Shown one piece after another: positions 1 to 13,558 of a stretch of 64,000 nt of DNA. The position numbers were made by a program, and so were the translations under genes. The notes beneath the pieces were generated by a model. That model had not been told where the DNA came from, did not search any database, and was given only the letters and a program-made list of their open reading frames with translations. Source of the stretch: Moniliella sp. 'wahieum' (Eukaryota); contig RSEE01000091.1 in NCBI GenBank assembly GCA_003971905.1, forward strand, positions 62,001 to 126,000, read 5' to 3'. The number at the start of each line of letters is the position of its first letter. Within the stretch, counting starts at the first letter, position 1.

Positions 1-5
1 TCGGA

Positions 6-2952
6 TTACTTCTGCTCCTGGTTCTTGACAACCCGTTCCAGAGCCACCCACGCTGGGTTGGACCAATCGGGTTCCCCCCTTCGGCCAGCGAATACACCTC
101 CCGCACCCCCTTCTCCAGCGCTTGCAGATCCACCTCCATCTGCGCCATCAGGTTAGTTAAATCATCGTCGGTCTCTTTTTCTGGCGGCGGGGCCGAACCA
201 GAGAAGAGGGCAGCGGCAAAGCCCAATCCCAATGCATGGTTGGACTTTTTCAATCGACGAAGGGAAGCCTGCGTCTCCTTTACCCCGCTTAAGGCTTCGC
301 TCAAAGAGGTGAAAATGCTCTCCCCCACCCGTTTAGGATTGCGCGTTTGAGGACCAAAGGCAGAGCAAGGGCATCCCCTTTGAATAGCTCCTTGAGCGGT
401 AAAGTGAATTGGGGGATAAAAGACGAGACGGTAGGCGCCGAGTTTGTAGCAAGGGCGGCGCGATATTGGGTGGCAATGTACCGAGGTTGCTTAAACGGAT
501 CATGGGCTTTGTGCTTGATCACCGGCACGACCGCCAAGGTCACCAACTGCATGGGCACCGCGCTTGCTTGTGCAAACGAAAATGTCGTCAGAAGGGTCAA
601 CCTAAGTGCCTGGGTCATCTCCGTTCCCTCCTTGGAGGAGCCTGCTACCCGCTCAATCGAGGGGGCAATCGCTTTGTCAAATAGTTCAATCACCTTGTCC
701 CGGAGGAGAATCAGATCTGCTGCCAAACGCAAAGCGCGGGCCAAGCGCACGTCCTGTTGCCCCTGCATAGCGAGCAGGTGGTCTTGCTGGGCAAGGGGGG
801 GAGGAGTCCCCACTCGTGAAAGGGGAGTCGAGGATCGCTCCATGGGGATAGGGGTAGCCCGTCCAGAGCTTAATAGTTCTGCAGGGTCTGGTACGGATGT
901 AGGAAGAAGGTCTTGAGCTTCAATCTTGTCTTCCAACCAGTGCGAAAAGCGAGATAGTAAATGCAAGGTCGATTTCCACTGGCGCGCGAGGAGATCGTCA
1001 AGGCTCACTCGTGCATCCCAGATGGAAGAAAGAGCATCCCACATAGCCGCTGTCGATAGCAGAAGGAATCCCCCCTTCCCCCTTCTTCCGAAGCAAGTGC
1101 CTGCTCCAACTGGGCAACGATGCTGCGCATGCGTAATTGCCAGTACACTGCCATGGGCCAGCGCCGGCTAAAGTGTATATAGGCTGGGTGAGCCCAGAGG
1201 GAAGTGGTCCACTCTTGTTGAGCCTTGGAAGGTAAGGGAGGACACAGGATGGACACCAGGCAAGATAAGAAGGCCTGAGTGAGGAGATAGTTGCTGTGGA
1301 ACGCATCAGGGTGTCCAACCGAGAAAAGTTGACTCACCCTCGCCTCCAGCAGAGGCAGAATGTATGGCCATACAACGTCGGTGAGCAAGTCGAGCTGTTC
1401 GGCACAGAGAGGGACAAAGCCTTTAACTCAGTCTCGGCCACGCTCAGTATGGCGTTGTAGCAATTTGATAATGGTTGTTGTGACCCCTTGTCCCCAGTGG
1501 ACGACATCAACTCGCCTAAAGAACGCCCTTGAGCCTGCACTTGGGCTAAACGGTCAGGTTGATCAGCTGGGGCGTTGACAAGGGCGAGGAGCTGGTTGAC
1601 GGTTGGAGGAGGAGGCGAGCGCTTCAGGTGAGAGGATCTAGGAATTGTCAGCGGTTCACATCATCAGAGTATGGAGGCCACATACAGGATCCAAGATCTG
1701 CTCCACCAAATGGAGGCCCAACAAGGCCTCCGCTCGCTGAGTAGCCTTCTCCCCCGAAGGAAGGGAGCGAGGATGCGGATGCGAAAGTGTAAAAAGACAG
1801 CGAGTAAACCAGGCCCGCTGGTCCGATAATGGGTCTTGCTCTGTGGGAGAGGGAAGCCGCAAAAGGGCAAGATGCGAATCTTCTCTCCCTTTCAAGTGAG
1901 CAAAAAGCAAACTCCCTGCGCTCGGATCCCGATTGAGAAGCTCTTTCAGCACTTTCTCTGTTGCATCGAAGAGATGGGTTTGACAGAGGGATGCTTGGTC
2001 CATAAGAGTGTAAATGAACGCATCCACTAATGGACTGATTGAGGGCTCAATCCCGCTCTCATTGTCCGCATTTTCTGAGGAAGCGAGCCTCTGCCGCTCC
2101 TGCTGGAATGAGTCCAACGTCCCCCAAAGCTGGGACAAGCGATTAGACACATCCTCTAGAACATCAGGATGGATGAGGTTAGGTACTGGCGTCGTCACAG
2201 CCGGTGACTCTGAAACAGTGGTGATGCTCGAGACAGAGGTCCAAAGCGGATCGTCATCTTCGTCATCAGAATAGAGATCGTCTCCTTGTAAAGTGTACAC
2301 TGACGATTTTTGCAAGTTCGGCGTACTTTCCTCCACCACCGAAGAATGAAGCAGAGTTTTCAGCGCCCCAATCTCCGTGTCGAGAGCGAGCAGTTGGGCA
2401 ATGTATGCATCAGTCCTCTGAGCCTGGGAACGTTCCGAAACGAGATGAGCCAGCTCTTGGTGGAGGGACTTGAGCTCAGAGTGGGTTGAATGGATAGCCA
2501 ATCGCAGCCCTGTAACGCCCTCACTAGGGGACGGAGGGAAGGGGCAACAGAGGTGCTTTTCCCGGCAGGGACTGGCTGGTGGGCCAAACGTTCGATACGC
2601 GGAACCTCCTTGCGCACCTCGGAGGCCAAACCGACAAACTGGCGGTAATCGCGATTGATCGTCTCAGCGAGCTCGTCAGAGAGATGGGTGCTGTGGTCCC
2701 GAAGCTCAGTGAGGATGGCGAACAAGTCCTGTCGTACAATCAGCTGCTCATCCTGCGAGTCCTGTGCACCGTCTCGCACCTCGTCCCCTGGCGTGGGCAA
2801 GGCGGCAAGCCGGCGGGAGAGCAGGAAGGCATCCGGGTCAAAGTCTGCGCACACAGCAGGACTAAGAAGAGAGTTGCTGCCATCGAGTGTCAAATCGGGA
2901 GGGCGCAAGTCGGCCTCCCAGGGGTCGGTACCGCTGGGGCGGTGTTCGCCAT
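6..2952 (-). CDS. COG2: Conserved oligomeric Golgi complex subunit 2, split over several frameshifted ORFs
   Basis: N-terminal FDPDAFLL...ELRDHSTHLSDELAETINRDYRQFVGL (ORF 2360-3004) and C-terminal VKETQASLRRLKKS (~250-290) match COG2 motifs. The intervening ORFs 1656-2501, 1334-1540, 1005-1388 and 301-1044 chain together. Stop TAA at 6-8; start approximate. Confidence 0.8.
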
Positions 2953-4855
2953 GCTTGCGGGTCAGCTGATGGTGGTGGTGGTGTCGCAACTTGGAATGCA
3001 CCACCTGCGTGTTTGGGGGCCAGTTGGCAGTCTCCAGTCCCGTTCCGCCGCGAGTAGTAATGCGTGAGCAAACGGGTGATGATCAGACCTGCTCTTTGAA
3101 GCTGAGATTTTAAAACTTTGACCGGCTTTTACCCCACTATCATTGCGTTTATGTGGGAGGCGAGCAAGGCAAGGGAAGAGATGATGTGGTGCAATCAGGG
3201 GGAGGCCGTCCGGAGGCGCAACAGGGAGGGGTGCAACAGGGGCGGAACAGAGGTGGAACGGGGCCGCCTCGCACAGATTGCCGGTTGGGACCACAATCCA
3301 TTAGCAGATTTGCCGGCAGTTGGATGCATACTAGTAACAACTTTTAGTTGTAAGAATGCGCACAACGGACCCTCTTGTGGGTGTCCATGTTCGTCTTCGT
3401 AGTTATAGTACCTGTCCCATTTTGGCGGAGGCCACATCCCCCTCGAACCAAACAGAGCGGGTCTCATTCATACCACCGTGGAAGTTTGCGATAATAACCG
3501 CTTGACCAATCATTAATCGCCCTGCTCCTCATAAAAACTGTGGCTTTTTTGTTGATCCCAAACGTGATGTTGGCCAATCCGCTAACCACATTATGAAAAC
3601 CAGCTATGAAGTCAGCCTTTCACTTGTTGCTTTTGCATCTGTCATCCCAACCTTTTCCCCTGGACTCCCAGACACTTAATACTTCTCCGCCGATTTTGTT
3701 GATCTACACTTATACAAAAACCGGCTTACTCTGTACTCCTTTGCTCTTTCCGGTGTGAGTCTTCAGGACTGCCTAACAGGAGATGGAGATGGGGGAAAGG
3801 ACAAGAATCATATTCATCAAGTGGAAAGGAAGCGAGGTATATATGCCTCGGAGAAGAAGAGAACATGCGAGCTAAATCACATGGAGGGAAAGAGGGAGCA
3901 CAATCCAAGGGGGAAAACAGGGTCTAGAACAAATCAAGGGGGCCAGACAACTTGGTGACAGAGAACGTCATCAAGTGAGTCTGATCCCGACACTGCCCAT
4001 TGCCAAACCATTTGACACCGTAACTTCACGCGTATACTTGACTTGCTTCCGACTACCAAAACAGATCATCCCCGCTCATGGACACACCCTGACTGATTGT
4101 TGATTTTTTCGGTATACAGCTATTGGATTCAAATACTCTGAGCAGTCGCCCTTGTCTAGCCCTTCCCATACCCCTTCGCAGTGAGCGAAGCACCAACCAG
4201 GGTCAGCAAGAGCGGGAGGACAGCCTAATAGGATTATTGACCACTACTACATAGCCCCCCCGCCTGTATTGATTTGTGCGAGGTGAAACGTATACAGTGT
4301 TTTAGGACAAACTGTGAACGTAGATCTCATCTCAAGGGAGAGGGAGTATATGTGTTTGATAACGCTGATCGACTTTTTGTGTCGATGTCCGACTCTATAT
4401 CCCATAATTGCACGCTCAGGCCACGACAAATATCGGACCAATCCATCAATCATTATACTCCCACTCTCCGGTCGGAGTCGTCAAATCATTACAAGGTGTA
4501 AAGATGGAAAAAGAAACGTTGCGCCAAAACCGATCTATTCATCCAGCGGGTGCAGCTTATTGTTGGCGCCAAACCCGTTTAAGGAACCATAGAGATGCAA
4601 TCAGCAGGTCAGCACACTCAAGTGTCCGCCCACCGTCCTTTTTATTGGCGAATTCACAGCATGTATGTCTTTCGGAGGATGTATATAGATGCAGTCATAT
4701 TATCAGAGTATGCCATTGCAGACGAGCCACATTGCCACATTGCCAAGAGAACACACATGTCGGTCTAAAGAGGCTCACATTTTCTCCTCTTTTCGTTTCC
4801 CAACTGCAAATGAATAATGCGGAAAGAGTTCCTACGGATAAAAAACCGGTGAAAA

Positions 4856-4924
4856 GGCACATACGCGTTTCTGATGGGCACATGCGCGTTTCTGACGGGC
4901 ACATACGCGTTTCTGACGGTACAC
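4856..4924. repeat. 21-bp tandem repeat GGCACATACGCGTTTCTGACG, about 3 copies
   Basis: Directly visible; translates as (GHIRVSD)n in ORF 4408-4932. Confidence 0.9.
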
Positions 4925-5499
4925 AGAGGTGATCTCACCGTCGATATACATGGCAAGTGAAAGAAACCTGCTAAGTCTCCTCCGTTTGACAACAGTCTAA
5001 CACGATGAAACGATGGTAAGGGGAATTCTATGCGTAGCATTTTTTTGGTATAGAGGCCTAATTAGACGAGATGCGTTTGATGAAGTCTTGATATTCCTGT
5101 TTGAATATCGAGCCTTGACGGGGGGTCCTTGTCCATGTCTATCAACTTCCTTTCCATAAAGAAGAGAGCTTTACAATCAAAGTATTTTCACAGTTTTCGA
5201 CAGATAACCTACGGTCCCTTGATATGTAATAAGCACATTTACACCTATCTATAGCTCAAAAGGAAACTATGCGGTGTTGATCATCTTATCAAAATGAGAC
5301 CGTGCGCAGTCCCGTCGCCGCACGTATGCTGCGTGTCTGCCAATACGCGCCGCAGTTTTGTTGCTGCGAAGATCCATCCGTACACTCAACTGCGATGCCA
5401 CACCAGTCAGTATTTTTACTCTGTTGTAGGATATATGTTCGAACTCAATATCAACAGAATCGGTTCATCAAGGCTGTAAGTGACTAGCGAATCCGTCCC

Positions 5500-5850
5500 G
5501 GGGAAGAGACGGTGAAATATGCTGCCGTCTCTGCAGTACTCTTGACATGCCATCACAGTGATACTAGTCCAACTTATCACGTAACGCGTAACACTGTGCC
5601 CTCCTCTGTGTATTCTTGTGGGCACATGATGCGGAAGACGATGACACCCAATGGCAATCTCGAGATTAGTAGTTGTGCTAATCTGACTGCGTAAGAGCAA
5701 AACCGCAACTGGGTCAAAGTTTGCAGTTGGTAGTACTTAATACTTGTTGGCTTGGATCTCTTGCATGGAGAGCCCCAAAAGGGAAATGGCATACACAACA
5801 TCGACAAGTCATGCTCTATGGGCTGGCCTTGTTACAGCTATTGCCTCTGT
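5500..5850 (-). mobile_element. Possible heavily decayed Ty1/copia RT-RNaseH relic
   Basis: Minus-strand fragments in copia order: AVTRP..DVVYAISLLG..MQ, then HSVTRYV-ISWTS, then KSTAE. Compare copia TRPDIAYAVSLL, KSTTGYV, ISWSSK, STAEAEY. Broken by stops and frameshifts. Confidence 0.3.
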
Positions 5851-7065
5851 TACATGCTACACTCACCTCTGTTGGAGTGTGCGGTGGCATCTGTTGACAC
5901 CACTGGGCGTGATGCTCAATGGCTTTTGATCGGCCATGTCGCTGGCAGCCGAAACTGGGTACAGAGTTCCGCAATTTGCGCGCTCTGGATTGGTTACCGT
6001 CGCGCCTCGTTCCCCTGCTTCCTCTTCTCCCTGTGGCATTCAAGGTCGGACTATAGCGTCGGGAGCTTACAAGAAGCTATCTCTGTTGACCACGTTGACT
6101 GTTTCCGCGCTGCGCAGTGCAATCGATCGTGCTTAACTTCGCAGCGGAGCTACAGCATCGAATCCACATCCTTTGCTTCCCTTGGTGCTTCGTCTCACTC
6201 GTATCGCCCGCGACCCTTACACAGATAGGGCGAGAGATAACCGACAATAACCGGTAACCGGTAACATTACCTAACGCGTCAAACACCTTACAGGTTGGGA
6301 AGAGAGGCCCCTGAGGCCAGAGGCTGCTGAGTCCTAGGTCGGGGGCTTCTGAGATTCTGAGGGCCTAACGCGTAACGCGCGTAACGAGTGACGGCTTGAT
6401 TTAACCGATATAACCGGATAACCCACGTAACCAGTTCGTTATCGCTACAATGGATGATGGATTATGCTATTCAATGATCATCAAATCACCGGTCAGTTAT
6501 CGGTACTCAGTGCACTGAGACTCTGTACTGACCGGTGAGCGCTCAGCTGAGCGGTGAGCGCGTGAGCGCGTGAGCGACTGGTGGACGGGAGTCGGTGATC
6601 TGGACGTGTGATGCCGGTGACGGCGGCGGGTGCTAGGCGCCATCCATGGGCGCAGGCATGTGTTGGACGCGGCGGAGGCAGGTGGGGTGGGGCCGGGGGG
6701 GGTGGGGCTGGAGGGAGTGGGCGTGAGCAGATACACCCTGTGTCGGCCAGGCCTGGTCTGGCCCGCGAGGCTGTAGGTGGCTGCGCCATCCGAACCACGC
6801 GGTAACGAGTGCATGTGGCCAGTCGCACCACAGCAGTGTCCAGCCATGGTTCGGGGGAGATAAGGCCGAGAGGCCGATAACGCGCGGAACGAGGACGAGG
6901 CTGCGAACAATGTGTTTGTCCCTCGACACGATTCAGGCACGTTGCAGTCCAGCAGTGTCCGGGGAAACGGGTTAACGTGGTAGACATTTAAGCGCCCCTG
7001 CGCCATGCATCGGCATCAGTGCATCTCAGCTCCTGAGCCCTGAGCGCTGAGGCGTAGCGGCGCTG

Positions 7066-7116
7066 AGGCGCCGAGGCACTGAGGCACTGAGGCACTGAGG
7101 CACTGAGGCACTGAGG
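7066..7116. repeat. 8-bp tandem repeat (GAGGCACT)n
   Basis: Directly visible, about 5-6 copies. Confidence 0.9.
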
Positions 7117-8940
7117 GTGCTGCAGCAGGCTGGGGCTCAGTGCGTCACATCCACGCCACATGTCAGAGAGCGAGAAGTAGAGCTCGTGGGTTGAAGCGTT
7201 GAACAGTTGAACGTTCAACATAAAACGATTCGTGCAAAAATTTGAGCTGCAACGCTCTCGTCCTCAAACTCGCAGAAAAATAAATCGACCTTCCAAATAG
7301 CAAGCCGAACCCGAACTGCCATAGGGAAAGCCCGCCGGAGTGTCCCGCTATGTGACAAAATGTGACCGGGATATCAGTGTGACCTGGGACGCATGGTGCA
7401 TGATGCACATGATGCAGATGCATGACATGACATGTGACATCGATGATATCGATAGGGATCGAGCTTCGAGCGTCTTTAAGCTTTACTAGTTACTAGTGAC
7501 TTTGTTGGAGACTGTGGTGGCGTACTTGGCGTACAAGACGAATCCGTATGGACGAGTACCTGAGTAACTGAGTACTGACGCGTGACGTGCTGACGACGCA
7601 CTGACGGACTGTCCGGTCACCGGTCACCGGTGACAAACCTCAGACCTCAGATTATCGATTAGTCGATTAGACAAGAAGGCGCAGTGATCGAGTGATCGAT
7701 GATCGAAGATCTCGAGAAGCATGGGGTGCCTGGCGCATGATCCAGCCGGCGCCTGAATCCCTGAGCGCTGCTCAGCCTTCAACGAGTGTACTGAGTTACC
7801 TTTTTGAGTGTACTCCTGAGTGCCCCCGGTGCGGGGCCGGCGGACCGCCAGTGCAGAGCAGCACCACAGCATCACGCTACCCAGCTACGTCCTTTCGTGC
7901 CGGGCTGCTGTGCGCGGAGGAGGTTGGCCCATGATCGAGATCGATGATCGATGATCGATGAGTTTGGCGTGTCCGCGTGGGTTTGGGCTGCTTGGGGGAC
8001 CGGAGAGGGGCGACGTTTTGGGACGCGGGGTGTGGGAGGGTGTGGGACCTAGACTCTATCGACCTGAGGATCTGATTCCTGTGCTGTGAGGTGCCTGGTG
8101 CCTGGCGAGCGTTCCACGTTCCCGTCGAGTTCGAGCTGGCAGGGCGAGGCAGTGCCACGAGTTTCGAAGTAGAGCTGCGAGCGCTCACGCTTCAAGCCTC
8201 CCTATTCATTAGGCACCAGGGGAGTTGCGTTATGCACATGCATCAGGCCAAAGAGTGATTATCGTATGTCTCGGCAAAAGAGGTGCCCGGTGCCCAACCA
8301 AACGGCGTCACCGGGCGTCACTCGCGTCACCCGTGTCACTACCCACTTCTCCTGGGGCTTGGAAGGGCTGCTGCGTTGCTGTTCAAGCGCTCAAGGCTGT
8401 GGAAGCGGGGGCCGAGCCCCAGATCATCGATCATATCATACATCATGTGTATGGTGAAAGAGAGGAAAATATCATCGAATCATCGATCATCTTCGTTCAG
8501 TACTCGCTTAGTGCCACAGGGAACTCGTTCATCATTAGCACGAGCGATTCCATTCGGCGGAACCGCCCCTGACCGGTGACCGCCGCCCCTCTCCCGCCCC
8601 AGATGCACGACGCCTGCCAGCAGGGGGTGAGCGCTGGCCAGGTACACGCCAGCACATGGCACTCGCGCATATGGCCCGTTGGCTCCTGCAGCCCGCGCAT
8701 TTTTTTTTCTCACACTCGCCCTCTGCTGGGCTTGAGCTGTTCGAGGAACCATATGGCCTCCACGGGCACACGTCCAGATCAGTAGAGCAGGTTGCGGCTC
8801 ACTGAGCGCCCTGGCCTGTGCTAGCTACTGAGGCTGGATCGAATGGGCTGCCCCGTATATATGGCGGGCTGGCAATCAGCACCGTGATCATAGTCCCATT
8901 CCCCTCTCCCCTTCCGTCCCTTCCTAAGCCCCCTCTCGTC

Positions 8941-11085
8941 ATGGCTACGTTTGGCGGTAACCTCGCTGGCCTCGCTCTCTCGGAGCCTGCACCAGGCCGT
9001 GACTCTCTCGTCCACGCTATTGCACAGGAGGACCATGTGTACGACGACTACAAGGGCGAGTCGGGCTCCCAACAGAACTTGCCCTCCTACGGTGACTTGG
9101 TCTACCCGGGCAACAATGGCGCTACTCTCGAAGAGTACATGTACTGGGCTCGTGTCCAGCGTGAGGAGGAACACCAAGAGGAGCTCAAGGGCCACGGAGC
9201 CACCTCGTCCACATTTGTGGACGTGTTGATCGGCATGTACCGCAAGTCGCGCTGGATGAAGCGCAAGCCCGCTCGTGCTGATGCTGCCCTCGATGAAAAC
9301 ATTGAGGTCGATGAACATGGCTACCCTATCGAAAAGAGTAACGGCAAGCCCGAGACGCTCACTACGGACCTCTCCACCCCGCAATTGGAGGGCATCACCG
9401 ACCCCAAAACGCTCGAGGGTCTTACCACTGCCCGCACCATGCGCATTGCTAGCGCTACCAGTGTCTTCTTCCTGATTACCACTGATATTCTGGGCCCTAG
9501 CTCGGCTCCTTACGGTATGAGTCAAAACGGATGGGCTCAAGGCAACATTCTCTTCTTCGTGTTTGGCGCCGCGGCCGCTGTGGCTGCTTACGCCATTCAA
9601 TGGCTTTTCCTCCGGCTCGACTCGACCCGCTTCCCTGTCAAGACGTACGGTGACATTGGCCATCGTCTCATGGGTTCGTGGATGCGCCACATCATTTCTT
9701 TCCTCCAGTTTATTCAGCTTCTCGTCAACTGCGTCTGCTTGTGCTCGGTAACGGTCAGGCTCTGGTCCAGATTATCAACCAGTATAACCACAAACTTTGC
9801 TTCAGTGTCTGCGTGGTCATCTTTGCGATCATTGGCATGATCCTTGCTCAGAGTATGTTTAATTTCAATGACTCCCACGGTCCAGACAACTTGCTATTAC
9901 CCACGGAGTACTGACGCATTCTCTTCGTTGCTTCCTTCAGTCCGTACCCTGCGCGGCCTCGGGTTGATGTCTAACCTGTCTACAGTTTTGAACTGGGCCA
10001 TTTGCATTATCAGGTATGTTCTTGCTTTGAGCAACTATGGGGCCAATACTAACCAGCCTCTTGCCTTGTGTCCAGCATGGTCGTCATCAAGACCAAGGGG
10101 TACAGCGATGAAGCCGTCGCTCTTCAACTGGAAACAACCTCTAGTTGGGTGGCGGACCACCCTGCTGTTCAAACCGTCTGGCCTCACATTGACATTTCGG
10201 ACCAAATCCAAGGTGTCAACCTGCTTATCTTTGCCTACGGTGGTGCCATGATCTTCCCTGAACTGTTGTCTGAGATGAAGCAGCCTAAATCGTTCTGGAA
10301 GGGCTGCTGCATTGCCCAACTTGTTATTTACGTTGTCTACGTTGTTTACGCCTGTGTTATCTACAGCGGAGGTACGCATCGTTTTCACGCCTTTCTCTTT
10401 GCTTTCAAATTGACTGACCCTTCAATTTTCATTAGCTGGCCAATACTCTCTCTCGGTCGGGTACCAGATTATGGCGGAAGGTGCCCCTCTGACGGTGTGC
10501 AACGTCTTCAGTATCATCACTGCTGTTGTGGCTGCTGCCATCTACGGTAATGTCGGCATTCGCGTGGCATACGTGAGTGTGCTGGAAGACATTTGCCGAT
10601 TCCCTTCGATCTTTACTCGGTCTGGGCGCGTGATCTGGTTCGTGTGGTCCATTCTCTTCTGGGCGCTTGCGTTTATCATTGGTTCGGCCATTCCCCAGAT
10701 CAACTCCCTCTCGGGTCTTATCTCGGCCATTGCTATCTGCAACTTTTCGTACACGTTCCCCTTCCTCTTCGTTTACATCTGGCTCGTTCATGCCGATGCT
10801 ATGGCAGCCGATGGCGAGTGGACCCCGTACAGCGGCAGTATGCGCGTTGACCACTGGACCCAATGGAGCCGCTTGCGCCGCGGCATGTTTGGTGGCGGCA
10901 TGTACAAATTGCCCCTAGGCATTAAGCTGCCCGGCTGGCTGGTCAAGGGGTTCGTACTCACTCTCTCTCTGGGTGGCCTGACCATGTCGGGCTTGGGTCT
11001 CTATGCCGCTGCCATCACCCTCCGTACCGCCTTTGACGGCAGTGGTGCCACCGCCACCTCCTTTGGGTGCAAGGCGACTGTCTAA
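8941..11085 (+). CDS. Amino acid permease, Aa_trans/AAAP family (Mtr-like neutral amino acid transporter)
   Basis: TLEEYMYWARVQR, SVFFLITTDILGPSSAPY, FAYGGAMIFPELLSEMKQPKSFWKG, FIIGSAIPQ and SYTFP motifs with multiple TM segments. GT-AG introns near 9853-9940, 10013-10076 and 10372-10436. Confidence 0.9.
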
Positions 11086-12868
11086 AGCGGTCTTGTTTAT
11101 CGCTTGCCTTTTGTGATTCCCCCGTTGGGTCGATTTTGTTAATGATTAGAAGTAACGGAGAACGATCCCTTAATGATCTGGTTCTGTACATGCCTTTTTC
11201 TTGCTGTCGCTCCCGAAGATAGAGAAGAACCCTTTGTATAGATGGAGTGGGGCATTCGAGCTCAAATGCCAGTTGTTTGTGGCACAGGATGCCACCTGCA
11301 CTCTCTTTGCAAGTGATGGACCCTCTTGGGTCAAGGGTCACAAGAGAGGGTTGTGTTGTGTGGGAGTGTGGGTTACTTCGGCAGGAGTGAGTAAGTGATA
11401 CGTCGGAGCTTTCCATGTATGTATCTTTGTGGCGGGTGGTCAGCATACCCAGTACCACCCGTGGGTCTAGTACTACACGTAGTAGTGCAATACTCTAATT
11501 TCATCGTCACTTCTCTCCCGAACAAGCGTCCAAACCCCCCTTCCCTCCATTCTCTAAAGCCGGAGGCGAAACACTCATACAAGAGGCAAGCGACCAAGAC
11601 GGCAATGAGAAGTTGCGCGTCTCTTCCAAAAAGGGCCCACTGTTTTCCTTAACCGGCTGAGACGCGGGGGATCTCATCTCCTAGCTGTCTGGACAACTGA
11701 ACGTACGCGTCCGCTGCTCAAAAATAGTACATCCGGAAGGGTATGAACTAACAAGTGAGCGCCGATAGCGGGGGAGGGGGCGAAACTCTTTCGTCTTTAC
11801 CTCTCTGGAAAGTCGCTCCCACGTTCTTCTGTGTACCTGTCATGCAGGGGCACTACAGGCCTGGTTCCTTTTGTATATGATAAGCAGCCATGTCTACGGC
11901 TTCCTAGCTGTGGTCCTTGTCGACCATCCTCTATCCCTAGTCTCCCGCTTTCCGCTCCTCTTTCGCCCTTCTGCCTTCTACCACTTTACAAATTTACGAA
12001 TCACGTTCATTAATCATTACGCGCAGTACGCTACAAGTCGCGGTTACTCTCAGTAGTATAGTGCTTGCTCTTCTTTAGGACTCCATCTGCTTCCGCCTAC
12101 TACAGCACGTCGAGTTTGGTGGCGCTGCGGGGATCAGCGTTACCGGTTTTACTGCGGAGCTCCTGGATCCCTTCAAGCTTCAAGTGCTCTGACGACCTAC
12201 GTAAGCGACTGCTACCTCGGAGGGTCTGAGCTGCGGCCTTTGCACGCAGGCGGCCACCCAAACTAGGGGTCTCTCCCTCGCCTCTACACCTGCTCGATTC
12301 AACCAGGATCTGAGGCCGGGCCTCACGTACGTGGCTCCGATTGTCCGTCCAAGGGCTTGAACCCTTAAACTACAGGCGTCGGTCTCACCGCGGGGCTCTC
12401 CCCATGACAGTGGTTGGAGGTGGCACCCAAATGTGACTTTCGACCCGGGCCAACCGGCGACGCCTATCACTGATACAAGCCAAGCGAGATGGGATGGCTC
12501 TTGGCTCCATGCACAGGGTTCCTCCGATAGTGGAACAGCTACGGTATACGAATCTTGCCCCTTTCCTTCAGGTGCGCCACCCTCTTGCGTTTCCTTGCGC
12601 TGCTACACAGTCAAGGAAGAGATACGAAGAAAATCAATGCGAGGGAAGGATGCCATGCTAATTAGTCTCGGCCGTGAAAAAAAGGGGGAGTGCGTTCTGC
12701 GAAACAAGTACTACGTCAGCGAATGGGGACTCCGAGCGAGGCAGTTACGTCCAAGAAAAAACATACCTGGAAGTGGAACGCAGAGCAGAACCCAGGGGAC
12801 CACAGTTCCCGCTCCATCTCTATTCTGCGTAGCCACCATGTCCTTTAGGGACAGGATCGCACGAACAT

Positions 12869-13057
12869 TTACTCCTGGCCTTCAGCCTGGAGCTTAGCGT
12901 AGAAGTTGTCGCGCTTCTGGACGTAGGGCAGGTGGATGCCGTACCAGAAGGCCGAGCCACCGGCAAAGCCGAGGCCCAGACCAACGGAAAGGTCGCGGAA
13001 GAAGCTCTTGCGGAGCATGCCCGTGATGGGTGCAATCTGGCCAGCGACAGCGGACAT
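12869..13057 (-). CDS. COX9: Cytochrome c oxidase subunit VIIa (fungal Cox9), 62 aa
   Basis: MSAVAGQIAPITGMLRKSFFRDLSVGLGLGFAGGSAFWYGIHLPYVQKRDNFYAKL is a typical Cox9 sequence; intronless. Confidence 0.92.
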   Translation of the reverse strand: MSAVAGQIAPITGMLRKSFFRDLSVGLGLGFAGGSAFWYGIHLPYVQKRDNFYAKLQAEGQE

Positions 13058-13558
13058 GTTGAGTAGAGAGGACAAGTGAGGCGCAAGCGGTGGAGGAGAG
13101 GAGAGGAGATGAGCCTGCCGAGTCGGACAACACCCAACTGCAATTTGCCTGTGGTCACCTGGGCATAGGACCAGCGTCCGGCTCTGCAGAACCGGTACTG
13201 CCCCCGTGCGACGGGGACATTAGAAATGGGCCCGACAACCCAATCGAGCAACCCTACTGCTGGGAGGCAAACGATTACCTCAGCGATGGGAGAAACGCGG
13301 ACGGACGATCTGAAACGTTCACAGTCCAGACAGCGCCGATACGGAGGAGCTGTGGTTGACGTCGACATGTTCACAGGATGGGTCTTAGGGTTAAGTGGAG
13401 CCACTTGGCGTATGGGCAGTGTGGGGCGGGGGCCTGAGACGGGGGGGAGCCCATTTGAATTAGGGTGACGGCGCTGAGGCATCTCAGATCTTGGCATCCG
13501 CTCCGCCTCGGGCCTGACTGGTTGAACCACACCACCGCCACTGGCCCGAGCCACACCC

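Noticed and set aside
8821..9690. Long antisense ORFs opposite the permease, TEF1, the kinase and other genes
   Set aside because: Expected shadows of codon bias in GC-rich coding sequence; no independent motifs
11100..12860. Short ORFs between the permease and COX9
   Set aside because: No recognisable motifs in any frame I read
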